A stretch of 64,000 bases of DNA. Source: Tepidisphaeraceae bacterium (GTDB lineage Bacteria; Planctomycetota; Phycisphaerae; Tepidisphaerales; Tepidisphaeraceae). How positions within the stretch are numbered: position 1 is the first letter of the stretch; every line of letters begins with the position of its first letter. Positions 19,928 to 29,260 of the stretch are shown here, one piece after another. The stretch is taken from NCBI GenBank assembly GCA_035998445.1, contig DASYHQ010000050.1, positions 89,647-153,646 on the forward strand. Direction: 5' to 3'. A program made the translations under genes and the position numbers. The notes below the pieces were generated by a model. It saw only the letters and a program-made list of their open reading frames with translations. It made no database searches and was not told the origin of the DNA.

Positions 19928-20713
19928 TCACTTGGGCTTCGACCCATCCACCGCGGCCTCGGCGACCTCGGCCGGGGCGTCCTCGCCGAGGATCTCGTCG
20001 GCCAGGCCGTACTTAACGGCGGCCTTGGCGTCGAAGAAGCGATCGCGCTCGCTGTCCTCCTGAATGCGCTCGTTCGTCTGGCCCGTGCACTTGGCCAGGA
20101 TCTTGATCAGCACTTCCTTGGTCTTCAGGATTTCCTCGGCCTGAATCTCGATGTCGGCCGCCTGGCCGTACACGCCACCGAACGGCTGGTGGATCATGAC
20201 CTTGGCGTTGGGCAGGATGTAGCGCTTGCCCTTCTTGCCGGCGGCGAACACGATCGCGCCACCGCTCTCGGCCCGGCCGATGCAGTAGGTGGCGATGTCG
20301 CAGGTCAGGAACTTCATGATGTCGTACATCGCCAGCGTGTCGTCGACGACGCCGCCAGGGCTGTTGATGTAGAAGTTGATGTCCTGGTCGCGCTTCACGC
20401 TCTGCAGGTACAGCATCTGCATGATGACGCGCGATGCCGTCACGTGGTTGATCTCGCCGACGAGGAAGACCACTCGGTTCTCGAGCAGCATTTCCTCGAG
20501 CGTCATCTCGCGGTAGCGGTTCATGCCCCCACCCGGAGGCCCGGGCATGGCGGCAGGCATGCAGATCGGCCCACGACCGGGAATGATCTGCGGGTCGCCG
20601 TTGCGCGCCATGTTGTCCATCGCCTCGGCGGTGCGCACCGACGTGCGGCTGACGGCCTCGGCGACACGGCCGATCGCCCGCGGATCAATGTTTCTAAAGT
20701 CCAGATTCGACAT
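19928..20713 (-). CDS. clpP: ATP-dependent Clp protease proteolytic subunit, second paralog
   Basis: NSPGGVVDDT (Ser), MIHQPFGG (His) and a C-terminal acidic tail. The start at MSNLDF has a GAGGA RBS. Confidence 0.9.
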   Translation of the reverse strand: MSNLDFRNIDPRAIGRVAEAVSRTSVRTAEAMDNMARNGDPQIIPGRGPICMPAAMPGPPGGGMNRYREMTLEEMLLENRVVFLVGEINHVTASRVIMQMLYLQSVKRDQDINFYINSPGGVVDDTLAMYDIMKFLTCDIATYCIGRAESGGAIVFAAGKKGKRYILPNAKVMIHQPFGGVYGQAADIEIQAEEILKTKEVLIKILAKCTGQTNERIQEDSERDRFFDAKAAVKYGLADEILGEDAPAEVAEAAVDGSKPK

Positions 20714-20854
20714 GCGTTGTCCTCGTTTCTGCTCGGTCACTCTATGTCGGTCGATACTAGCCCTGCCTGTAGGGACCGTCAATCAAAGGCCGGACGCGCG
20801 GGTGGCGCGATAATGTTTTCGAAGTGGGAAGTGAGAAAGGCGAAGGGAGGGACT

Positions 20855-21120
20855 CCGGCCCCTCTCCCGGTACGCCGGGGGAGGCTGGGTGGGGGTAAAT
20901 TATGAAGCAAATGACCAATGCCCAAACCCGAATGACCAATGAAATCCCAAGGATCAATTCCCAATAGTGGCATTCTCTTTAATGGGGATTGGTGATCGGG
21001 CATTCAATGGTCATTCGGGTTTGGGCATTGGTCATTGCGTTCCGCGCTGCTCGTCATTCGAAATCACCCCCACCCAGCCTCCCCCGGTGTACCGGGAGAG
21101 GGGCCAGAGGGCCGCGCCCA
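20855..21120. repeat. Family-B/D composite palindromic element
   Basis: ctctcccggtacgccgggggagg ... aatgaccaatg / cattggtcatt arms ... ctcccccggtgtaccgggagagg. Confidence 0.8.
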
Positions 21121-21192
21121 ATCCACTGCCTTTACTTCCCACTTCCCCCTTCCATTGACCCGCCCGCGTTCCCCGCTACACTACTACTGAAC

Positions 21193-21249
21193 ATGAAGAC
21201 CTTCACCGCGACCGCCGGCATCATTATTACCCCAGGACAACTCGGGTAG
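21193..21249 (+). CDS. Putative leader peptide MKTFTATAGIIITPGQLG (Thr/Ile-rich) of a cimA attenuator
   Basis: An 18-codon ORF 114 nt upstream of cimA. 4 Thr and 4 Ile in 18 residues, including an I-I-I-T run. An intrinsic terminator follows. Confidence 0.5.
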   Translation: MKTFTATAGIIITPGQLG

Positions 21250-21286
21250 GGCCAGCGTGCGTGGATGTTGCAAGATGAGTTGACGG

Positions 21287-21311
21287 CCCTGCCCCTGCGG
21301 CAGGGTTTTTT
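21287..21311 (+). terminator. Rho-independent terminator/attenuator (ccctgcc-cctgc-ggcaggg + TTTTTT) between the leader peptide and cimA
   Basis: 7-bp GC stem followed by ttttttcgttt. It sits 50 nt before the cimA start codon. Confidence 0.6.
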
Positions 21312-21362
21312 CGTTTGGCGGGTACGCTTCATCCCCCAAACCTCAAAGGCGAGAGAGACGAC

Positions 21363-22970
21363 ATGAGCACACGACGCATCGAGATCTACGACACCACCCT
21401 TCGCGACGGCACCCAGGGCGAGGGGTTTAACTTGTCGCTGCAGGACAAGCTGCTGATCGCCCAGAAGCTGGACGACCTCGGCGTCGACTACATCGAAGGT
21501 GGCTTCCCGCTCTCCAACCCGAAGGATGCTGCCTTCTTCCGCGACGTGCGCGAGCTGAAGCTGAAGCACGCCCAGGTGTCGGCGTTCGGCATGACCCGCC
21601 GGCGGGGCATCAAGGCGGAGGACGACCCCGGCATGAAGTCGCTGCTGGACGCGCAGACGCCGGTCGTGACCATCGTCGGCAAGACCAGCGACTTCCACGT
21701 GAAGGCCGTGCTGAATGTCACGCTGGAAGAGAACTTGGCGATGATCGCCGACACGGTGAAGCTGATGACCACCGCCGGCCGAAAGGTCGTCTACGACGCC
21801 GAGCACTTCTTCGACACGTACCGCAGCAACCCGGACTACGCGCTGCAGACCCTCCGCGCCGCCCAAGAGGCCGGGGCGACCGTGCTCTGCCTGTGCGACA
21901 CGAACGGTGGCAGCATGCCGGAGTTTGTCGAGTCGACCGTCGCGGCCGTCCGCAAGGCGACGGGCGCCATCATCGGCATCCACCCGCACAACGACTCCGC
22001 CGTCGCCGTCGCCAACGGGCTCGCGGGGGTGCGCGGCGGCGCCGATCATGGTCAGGGGACCATCAATGGTGTCGGTGAGCGCTGCGGCAACATGGATTTG
22101 CTGCCGTTCATCGCCAACTTGCGCCTGAAGTACCAGTTGGACTGCTTGGCCGGTGATTCACTAAAGCACCTGACCGAGGTCAGCCGTTTCGTCTACGAGA
22201 CCGCCAACATGAACCTTATCAGTGGCCAGCCCTACGTCGGCAGCAGCGCGTTCGCCCACAAGGGTGGCATGCACGTGCACGCGGTGCAGAAAGACTCCAG
22301 CACTTACGAACACGTGTCGCCCGAATCCGTCGGCAACACCCGCAAGATCCTGATCAGCGAGATGAGCGGTGTGTCGAACATCATGGCGTCGGCGGGGAAG
22401 AAGTTCGACCTGGAGAACGACAAGGTCACGCTGCGCAAGGTGCTTGATCGGGTGCAAAATCTGGAAAACGAAGGCTTCCAGTTCGAGGCCGCCGAGGCGA
22501 GTTTCGAGTTGATGCTGCGCAAGGAGATCGGCCGGTACCAGTCGTTCTTCACGCTGGACCACTATCGGGTGAGCGTGCAACGCTACGACGTTGACTCGGC
22601 GGTCTCGGAAGCCACGGTGAAGCTAAAGGTCAGCGAGATCACCGAGCACCACGTCGCCGAGGGTGACGGGCCCGTGAACGCGCTGGACGAAGCCCTCCGC
22701 CGGGCCCTAGCGTTCCACTTGCCCCAGATCGCCAAGGTTCGACTGACGGACTACAAGGTGCGCGTCATCAACTCCAAGGACGAGACCGCTGCCAAGGTGC
22801 GCGTGATCGTCGAGTGCAAGCGCGAGCGCGCCGACGGCACGCGCGAGTTGTTCGGTACGATCGGCGTCAGCACCAATGTGATCGACGCGAGTTGGCAGGC
22901 GCTCGTAGATGCCTATGAGTACCACCTGATCCACGCCAAAGAAGAGGCAAATATGCCCGTAACAGCCTGA
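21363..22970 (+). CDS. cimA: (R)-citramalate synthase
   Basis: An LeuA/CimA DRE-TIM fold with the DTTLRDGTQ variant seen in characterised CimA (my recollection). ~535 aa with a C-terminal regulatory domain. Confidence 0.75.
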   Translation: MSTRRIEIYDTTLRDGTQGEGFNLSLQDKLLIAQKLDDLGVDYIEGGFPLSNPKDAAFFRDVRELKLKHAQVSAFGMTRRRGIKAEDDPGMKSLLDAQTPVVTIVGKTSDFHVKAVLNVTLEENLAMIADTVKLMTTAGRKVVYDAEHFFDTYRSNPDYALQTLRAAQEAGATVLCLCDTNGGSMPEFVESTVAAVRKATGAIIGIHPHNDSAVAVANGLAGVRGGADHGQGTINGVGERCGNMDLLPFIANLRLKYQLDCLAGDSLKHLTEVSRFVYETANMNLISGQPYVGSSAFAHKGGMHVHAVQKDSSTYEHVSPESVGNTRKILISEMSGVSNIMASAGKKFDLENDKVTLRKVLDRVQNLENEGFQFEAAEASFELMLRKEIGRYQSFFTLDHYRVSVQRYDVDSAVSEATVKLKVSEITEHHVAEGDGPVNALDEALRRALAFHLPQIAKVRLTDYKVRVINSKDETAAKVRVIVECKRERADGTRELFGTIGVSTNVIDASWQALVDAYEYHLIHAKEEANMPVTA

Positions 22971-23005
22971 AATAGACCAGAATTGGACAGAAACGCCGCG
23001 TCTAC

Positions 23006-23058
23006 CGCTTGCGGTTTCGCAGACATCCGAATGGTCGGGGTCTGCGAAACCGCAAGCG
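23006..23058. other. Perfect 19-bp stem-loop (cgcttgcggtttcgcagac / gtctgcgaaaccgcaagcg) downstream of cimA
   Basis: Seen directly. No clear U-tract follows. Confidence 0.6.
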
Positions 23059-23301
23059 AACGTTCCGAACAATCGTTACGACGCGCACGTTTACTCATAC
23101 GGTTTCCCTATATCCCGCTTCGTGCATTTGTCGGATAAGTGGTTAAACTGCGTCACGGTTACCTCCAGCGCCTCACGGATGAGCGACTTGAGAAACTTCT
23201 AAACTTTTTGTGTCAAAGTCCTCCGGTTCGGGCCGATGAAAAGGCTGCGGACCGAGGATTTATTGGAACCTCGGCCCCACGGCTAGACAGGACGTCAATC
23301 G

Positions 23302-23913
23302 GTGGGAACTGTGCGAAAATCTGAACGCAAGTTTGTGGTGTTTACGAGTCTCGTAGGTGTGCTGACGCTGACCTGCGCCCTGCTGCTGGCGCTGGCGCCC
23401 GCACCGCTCAGCAACAACGGGCCGGCCAACAGTCTATTCGCGATCGACGCCCCGGCGTCGCTCAACGTCATCTTCGACACCGCCAAGCCCACGCGGGACG
23501 ACCACTGGCGCTACGTCTACATCCACCACTCTAAGACCGCAGCCGGCAACGTGTCGACCTTGGGTCAGCCGACCGGTGGGCTGAGCGACCACTTCCTCAT
23601 CGGTAACGGTGAGGGAACGTTCGACGGTGAGATTCAGGTCAGCCAGCGCTGGAACAACCAGATGCCGGCGTTGCCCCCGGCCGGGGCCGCTGAGATCGAC
23701 CTGGCGTGCATCAGCATCTGCATCGTGGGCGACTTCGATTCCACCCTCCCCACCGCCAAGCAGATGCGCCACCTGACCCGGCTCGTCACCCTGCTGCAGG
23801 ACCGCATGAACATCCCCGCCAACCGCATCCTGCTCGCCCGCGATACGCAAAGCGCAGCCGGTGCCGGACGCTACTTCCCCAGCACCGCGTTCCGGGAGAG
23901 CCTGCTGCCATAG
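23302..23913 (+). CDS. N-acetylmuramoyl-L-alanine amidase (Amidase_2 / PGRP-like) with an N-terminal TM anchor
   Basis: N-terminal hydrophobic helix. YIHHS ... CISICIVGDFD is typical of an amidase_2 zinc site. Confidence 0.65.
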   Translation: MGTVRKSERKFVVFTSLVGVLTLTCALLLALAPAPLSNNGPANSLFAIDAPASLNVIFDTAKPTRDDHWRYVYIHHSKTAAGNVSTLGQPTGGLSDHFLIGNGEGTFDGEIQVSQRWNNQMPALPPAGAAEIDLACISICIVGDFDSTLPTAKQMRHLTRLVTLLQDRMNIPANRILLARDTQSAAGAGRYFPSTAFRESLLP

Positions 23914-23956
23914 AACGGACAGATCAGGCACGCGATCGACAACCCACACGAATGAC

Positions 23957-23988
23957 ACTGGCCGCGAAAGCGGCCAGTTCTATTTCCG
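23957..23988 (+). terminator. Intrinsic terminator after the amidase (actggccgc-gaaa-gcggccagt + tctatttcc)
   Basis: 9-bp stem, GNRA loop and a T-rich tail. Confidence 0.65.
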
Positions 23989-24359
23989 GACTTCACCCGT
24001 GTTCCACACGCGGCGTCGCCGCTTTAACGAGAACTCGACCGTCCCCGGATCTCGTTCCCATATCGCTCAATCCCTTGTCAATCTGGGTAGACTTTTGCCT
24101 CTTTTCTAGGCAGCAATGTCGCCCCCGTCCTCCATCCTAACTTTCCCTTGCTATTGGGCTCCGATTCATCTATTGTGCCTGACGTAGGGCGATCTCAGGC
24201 TTTTTCTCACGACATCATTTTGTCGAGACAACATACCGGGACAATCGCTCTATAAGGTTCAGGGGTGTTTCTCTGATCGTGTTGCGCGAGTTCTTATTAT
24301 CCTATTATCTCCCGCAATAGGTCGATCTCAGCCAAATACCACCCGAATGGCTTGAGCGG

Positions 24360-25265
24360 ATGAAACACCAGGGTGGACCAAAATTCATGGGTCAGAAAAT
24401 CCTCCAATATGATGTGTTGGAGCGTTTGGGAGAAGGTGCGCGGAGTATTATCTACTCCGTGACCGATCCCAACACGCGCCAGAGCTTTGCGCTTAAGCAT
24501 GTCGAGCGCAAGGATCCGAAAGACATCCGCTTTATTGAGCAGATGGAGGCCGAGTACGCCATCTCGAAGGACTTCCAGCACCCCAACCTTCGCCGAACAT
24601 ACGAGCTGAAGCTGGTCAAGACCATGCTTCTAAAGGTGACCGACGCCTACCTGATCATGGAGCTGGTCGATGGCAAGCCGCTCGACGTGCGCCCGCCAAC
24701 CGAGATGCTCGACATCGTTGATGCGTTCATTCAGGCTGCCCAAGGCCTGAAGGCGATGCACACCGCCGGTTTCGCGCACTGCGACATCAAGCCGAACAAC
24801 ATTCTGCGCAACGATCGTGGCCGGGTGAAGGTGATCGACTACGGCCAGAGCTGTAAAATTGGCACGGTCAAGGAACGCATCCAAGGCACCCCCGACTTCA
24901 TCGCGCCGGAACAAGTCGCGCGTCGCCCAATTTCTGTGCAGACCGACGTCTTCAATCTTGGTGCCACGCTCTACTGGACGTTGACCAACCGGCACATCCC
25001 GACGCTGTACACCGTCAACAAAAAGGGCGAGAACAGCTTCTTGCTCGACAGCACCTTCGACACCCCGCAGGGGCTGAACCCGCGCGTGCCGACCCCGCTG
25101 TCGAACCTCGTGATGGAGATGATCGCCACCAAGCCCCAGAAGCGTCCTGCCGACATGGACCAAGTCCTGACCCGGCTGGAGCTGGTGAAGCACATCCTCA
25201 TCAAACAAGCTAACCCCAACGCCTTCCCGACGAGCGACATTAACCTGCACGATTCGACGGTCTAG
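24360..25265 (+). CDS. Serine/threonine protein kinase (catalytic domain only)
   Basis: HCDIKPNNIL, DYGQS and GTPDFIAPE Hanks-type motifs. The start may be at 24387 (MGQKIL). Confidence 0.85.
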   Translation: MKHQGGPKFMGQKILQYDVLERLGEGARSIIYSVTDPNTRQSFALKHVERKDPKDIRFIEQMEAEYAISKDFQHPNLRRTYELKLVKTMLLKVTDAYLIMELVDGKPLDVRPPTEMLDIVDAFIQAAQGLKAMHTAGFAHCDIKPNNILRNDRGRVKVIDYGQSCKIGTVKERIQGTPDFIAPEQVARRPISVQTDVFNLGATLYWTLTNRHIPTLYTVNKKGENSFLLDSTFDTPQGLNPRVPTPLSNLVMEMIATKPQKRPADMDQVLTRLELVKHILIKQANPNAFPTSDINLHDSTV

Positions 25266-25402
25266 ACATCTCCCGTCAATATCCAGCACGCCCGTTTAGC
25301 CGCGAGCTTGCTCGCGACGGGCTCTCGAAGAATCGCGGGCAAGCCCGCGGCTCAACGGCATGAATCACCCGGGTACGCGTTGCACCATATCGTTACGCGC
25401 CC

Positions 25403-27142
25403 TCACACCATAAACGTCACCAGCAACTGCGTGCAAAACACCGGCACCAACATCGCCAGTGGATACACCGCAGCGTAGGCGACGCTGGGGACATTGGAAT
25501 CGGTCAGGTCATTGGCGAAGATGAGCGTGGGTGAACTGGTCATCGCGCCGGCGGTCAGGCCGCAGAGGGTGACGTAGTTCAGCTTCATCACAAGCCGGGC
25601 GAACAGGCCCACCAGCAGCATCGGCATTAGCGTGACGAGCGCGCCCCACGCCATTAGTGCGAGCCCATTGCCACCGAAGAGCAGTCCAAAGAATTCCTCG
25701 CCCGACCGCAGCCCAACGCAGGCCAGGAAGACGGCCATCCCGAAGTCGCGCAGCAGCAGGCTGGCACTGTCGGGCAGGTAGAAGACGATACGCCCCGCGT
25801 TGCCGATCTGCGACAACAAAATGGCCACCAGCATCGGCCCACCTGCCAAGCCGATGCGAATGCCCGAATGCAGGCCCGGCAGCGCCAGTGGAATGCTGCC
25901 CACCAGGATGCCCAGCCCAATGCCTAGAAAGATCGGGATCAGCTGTGGCCGGTTCAGCACCTCGATCGAGTTTCCCAGTTCCGCCTCGGCCGATCGAACA
26001 CCGTTGCACGGTCCGACGACCGTCACCGTGTCCCCGAACCGCAGCGCCAGCGACGCCGTTGGCGTCAATTGCACGCCAGCCCGGCTGATGCGCGCGATCG
26101 TCACGCCGAAACGCTTGGTCAGATCCATCTCGCGCAGCGTGCGGCCAAGGTTGGGCTTGTGCGTGAAGATCAGCACGACGCGCTCGACGTCCCCCACCGC
26201 CGTCTTCACATCAATCGGCTTCCGCTGGCCGGCGTGCTCCACGAACTCCTCCAGCGCTCGCCTGGAGCCGACCATGCGGTACACGTCGCCCACGCGCATC
26301 ACGGTGTCGGCGCTCGGCACGGTCAGCACGTTCTCGCGCAGCAGGCGCGACAGAACGAGGTTGTGTTGGCGCAGCAACGCGTGGTCGCGAATGCGCACCC
26401 CGTCCAGTTCCTTCCGGGTGACCTCGAAGTCCATCGCTTCGATGGGCGGCCGTTTGGCATTCTCCACTTCGCGCAGGGCCTTCAGTTCAGCGGCCACATC
26501 AATTCGAAAGATTCGGCGAAACAGGATCAGCAAAATGATCGGCCCCAGCAGCCCGAACGGGTAGGCGGCCGCGTAAACGGACGACGTTAGCCGCAGCGCC
26601 GCGTCGCCGGCGGGGTCGCCCCTGAACTTGTCGCGCAGCGCTTCCTCGCCCGCCGCCAATGCCGGAGTGGTGGCGAAGCCACCGGTGTACAGGCCGGGCG
26701 TCGTCTCGCGCGGCAAATGGAACACCAGCACGATGGCCGCGGTAAGCACCGCACCCAGCACCACCACCGCCAGCGCCAGCAGGTTCAGCCGCAGCCCTTC
26801 CGCCCGCAGTGACGACAGAAACCCCGGTCCCACCTGCAGTCCGATCGAATAGACGAATAGCACCAGCGCGAAGTCGCGCATGAAGCCGAGCACGTCGTCG
26901 TCAATCACCAATCCCAGCCCGCGCAGGCCCAGCGCCACAAACATCACCGCCGCCACGCCTAGGCTGACGCCGCGCACCTTAATCGCGCCTGCGAACAAAC
27001 CCAGTACGATCGCCAGCGATAAGATCGCCAACCCACCGGCGACCGATCCGTGCGGAAATATCCTGTCCAGCCACGCTTCCATCGTGCTGCGGATCGTCGC
27101 TGTTGGAGGGCGCAGGTCAAGACGCGAACCCTGCTTAAACAA
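25403..27142 (-). CDS. YidE/YbjL-family (AAE) transporter with two central RCK_C/TrkA-C domains
   Basis: Duplicated 5-6 TM halves separated by two TrkA-C-like domains. 579 aa. The start may instead be at 27082. Confidence 0.75.
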   Translation of the reverse strand: MFKQGSRLDLRPPTATIRSTMEAWLDRIFPHGSVAGGLAILSLAIVLGLFAGAIKVRGVSLGVAAVMFVALGLRGLGLVIDDDVLGFMRDFALVLFVYSIGLQVGPGFLSSLRAEGLRLNLLALAVVVLGAVLTAAIVLVFHLPRETTPGLYTGGFATTPALAAGEEALRDKFRGDPAGDAALRLTSSVYAAAYPFGLLGPIILLILFRRIFRIDVAAELKALREVENAKRPPIEAMDFEVTRKELDGVRIRDHALLRQHNLVLSRLLRENVLTVPSADTVMRVGDVYRMVGSRRALEEFVEHAGQRKPIDVKTAVGDVERVVLIFTHKPNLGRTLREMDLTKRFGVTIARISRAGVQLTPTASLALRFGDTVTVVGPCNGVRSAEAELGNSIEVLNRPQLIPIFLGIGLGILVGSIPLALPGLHSGIRIGLAGGPMLVAILLSQIGNAGRIVFYLPDSASLLLRDFGMAVFLACVGLRSGEEFFGLLFGGNGLALMAWGALVTLMPMLLVGLFARLVMKLNYVTLCGLTAGAMTSSPTLIFANDLTDSNVPSVAYAAVYPLAMLVPVFCTQLLVTFMV

Positions 27143-27161
27143 GGGACCCAGTGGAGAAGGA

Positions 27162-27266
27162 TGTCATCCCGAGCGGAGCCTCAGGCGACGGGAGGGATCT
27201 CGACTGTTCGAGCGACTCTCGTGCAATCGAGATCCCTCAGGTCGGCAAGCCTCCCATCGGGATGAC
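27162..27266. repeat. Family-C MITE-like element (gtcatcccgag ... cgggatgac subtype)
   Basis: Nested inverted repeats gggagggatctcg ... cgagatccctc. Confidence 0.7.
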
Positions 27267-27389
27267 AACTCACGTCATAGCAACTCCTGCCTCCTCACCC
27301 TTCCCCATTCCATCCCATTCCCCGCCCATGGGCAATTCGTATACTGTGCCGCTCGAACAACAAACGAACCTCATCACGGAGCCCAGATC

Positions 27390-28616
27390 ATGGCCACGCA
27401 ATCCAAGCCCGACCCCAAGAAAATCGTCCTCGCCTACTCCGGCGGCCTCGATACCTCCGTCATCCTGCCTTGGCTGAAGGAGCGCTACCCGGGCGTGAAA
27501 CTCGTCGCCTTCGCGGCCGAGCTGGGCCAGGGCAGTGAACTGAAGGGCGTGGAGGAGAAGGCCTACAAGAGCGGCGCCGACGAGGTGATCGTGATGGATT
27601 TGCGCCAGGAGTTCGCCGAGCAATATTGCTGGCCGATGCTGCGGGCGCACGCGATCTACGAGCAGGACTACCTGCTGGGCACCAGCATCGCCCGCCCGCT
27701 GATCGCCGCCAAGCAGGTTGAGGTCGCCCACCAGACCGGCGCCGACGCCGTCGGCCACGGCGCGACCGGCAAGGGGAACGATCAGGTCCGCTTCGAGCTG
27801 ACCTACATGGCGCTCGACCCGAAGCTGCAGATCATCTCGCCTTGGAAGGACACGAAGTTCGAGCTGCGCGACCGCGAGACCGCCATCGACTACGCCGAAA
27901 AGCATGGCATTCCGATCCCCGTTTCGAAGAAGAAGATCTACAGCCAGGACCGCAACCTGTGGCACATCAGCCACGAGGGCGCCGAGATTGAACACCCCGA
28001 CGCCGAGCCGAACTGGGAGGCGTGCCTGACGATGACGGTGCCGCCGGAGAAAGCCCCGGACCAATCGGAGATCGTCGAGATCGGCTTCGAAAAGGGCAAC
28101 CCGGTCAGCGTGAACGGCAAGTCCCTGCCCGGCCACGAACTGCTGGCGCTGCTGAACGAAATCGGTGGCAAGCATGGTGTCGGCGTGACGGTGCTGGCGG
28201 AGAACCGCCTGGTCGGCATGAAGAGCCGCGGCGTGTACGAAACGCCCGGCGGCACGATCCTCTACGAGGCCCACAAAGCCCTCGAACAGATCTGCATCGA
28301 ACGCGACACGGCCCACTTCAAGCAGCAACTAGTGCTGCGCTACGCGGAACTGGTCTACTACGGCCAATGGTTCCACCCGCTGCGCGAGGCGATGCAGGCG
28401 TTCATCGACCACACCAACGCCACCGTCACCGGCGTTGCCAAGGTGAAGCTCTTCAAGGGCCGCGCGATGCAGGTCGGCGCCAAGTCGCCGAACACCCTCT
28501 ACGACCCGCAACTGGCCAGCTTCAGCATGGAAGGCTACGACGTGACCGCCGCCCGCGGGTTCATCGATCTGTTCGGGCTGCCGATGAAGGTCGCGCAACA
28601 GGCGAAGAAGTGGTGA
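27390..28616 (+). CDS. argG: Argininosuccinate synthase
   Basis: AYSGGLDTS PP-loop and full ArgG length. The longer ORF N-terminus is a repeat-derived extension. Confidence 0.95.
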   Translation: MATQSKPDPKKIVLAYSGGLDTSVILPWLKERYPGVKLVAFAAELGQGSELKGVEEKAYKSGADEVIVMDLRQEFAEQYCWPMLRAHAIYEQDYLLGTSIARPLIAAKQVEVAHQTGADAVGHGATGKGNDQVRFELTYMALDPKLQIISPWKDTKFELRDRETAIDYAEKHGIPIPVSKKKIYSQDRNLWHISHEGAEIEHPDAEPNWEACLTMTVPPEKAPDQSEIVEIGFEKGNPVSVNGKSLPGHELLALLNEIGGKHGVGVTVLAENRLVGMKSRGVYETPGGTILYEAHKALEQICIERDTAHFKQQLVLRYAELVYYGQWFHPLREAMQAFIDHTNATVTGVAKVKLFKGRAMQVGAKSPNTLYDPQLASFSMEGYDVTAARGFIDLFGLPMKVAQQAKKW

Positions 28617-28622
28617 GGCTGA

Positions 28623-28958
28623 ATGCCGCGACTCCCCAATGGCGACAGGGCGGTGGTCGATCCGCGCAAGCTGATCGACTACTGCCTTAGCGCAACCCAT
28701 CCGGTGGGAAAGCATAAGGCTCGGCTCTTCGCTAGCGCAATTGGCATCACGCCAGACGAATGGGGCCTGCTGCATTCCGCGTTGCTGAAGGCGGCGCAGG
28801 AAGGCGATGCCGTCGGCACCGATCGCTCGCCTTACGGGCAGAAGTACGAGATCCGGTTTCCCATGCTTGCCAAGGATGGACGGACGGCGACGCTGCTGAG
28901 CGTCTGGATCATCGGTTCCGATGAGATCCCGCGCTTGGTAACGTGCTATCCGCTATAA
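28623..28958 (+). CDS. Hypothetical 111-aa protein (DUF6883-like), first gene of a small two-gene module
   Basis: Size, position and adjacency to a DUF4926-like gene. The family assignment comes from memory and is not verified. Confidence 0.45.
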   Translation: MPRLPNGDRAVVDPRKLIDYCLSATHPVGKHKARLFASAIGITPDEWGLLHSALLKAAQEGDAVGTDRSPYGQKYEIRFPMLAKDGRTATLLSVWIIGSDEIPRLVTCYPL

Positions 28959-28979
28959 TGACCGACAAGCGAGGTCCGC

Positions 28980-29198
28980 ATGAGCGCAACCCAACTGAAC
29001 GAACTGGACGTGGTCGCCGTGACGGTCGACCTGCCCGACTTGAGCTTAGCGCGCGGTCAGGTTGGAGCTGTGGTTCACGTTCACGCGCCGGGCGTGTATG
29101 AGGTGGAGTTCGTCGACCACGCTGGCCGCACCTACGCCGTTGCGACGCTGCCCGGCGAGCAACTGCTCCCGTTGCGGTACGAGCCTGCCGCCGCCTGA
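28980..29198 (+). CDS. Hypothetical 72-aa protein (DUF4926-like)
   Basis: ~70-aa small protein with LDVVAVTVDLPD...GAVVHV...YEVEF, SH3-like/DUF4926-like. The assignment comes from memory. Confidence 0.45.
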   Translation: MSATQLNELDVVAVTVDLPDLSLARGQVGAVVHVHAPGVYEVEFVDHAGRTYAVATLPGEQLLPLRYEPAAA

Positions 29199-29260
29199 CG
29201 GGCCTGAGGAAAGGTGTTCCGGCGCACCTGCTCGCTAGCGAGTCCTCCTTCTGTAGGCCC

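Noticed and set aside
26880-27389. Long N-terminal extension of the argG ORF (578-aa ORF in the track)
   Set aside because: The extension runs through a family-C repeat and has a Ser/Arg/Pro-rich junk composition. Canonical ArgG begins at MATQSKP (27390) with an AYSGGLDTS PP-loop shortly after.
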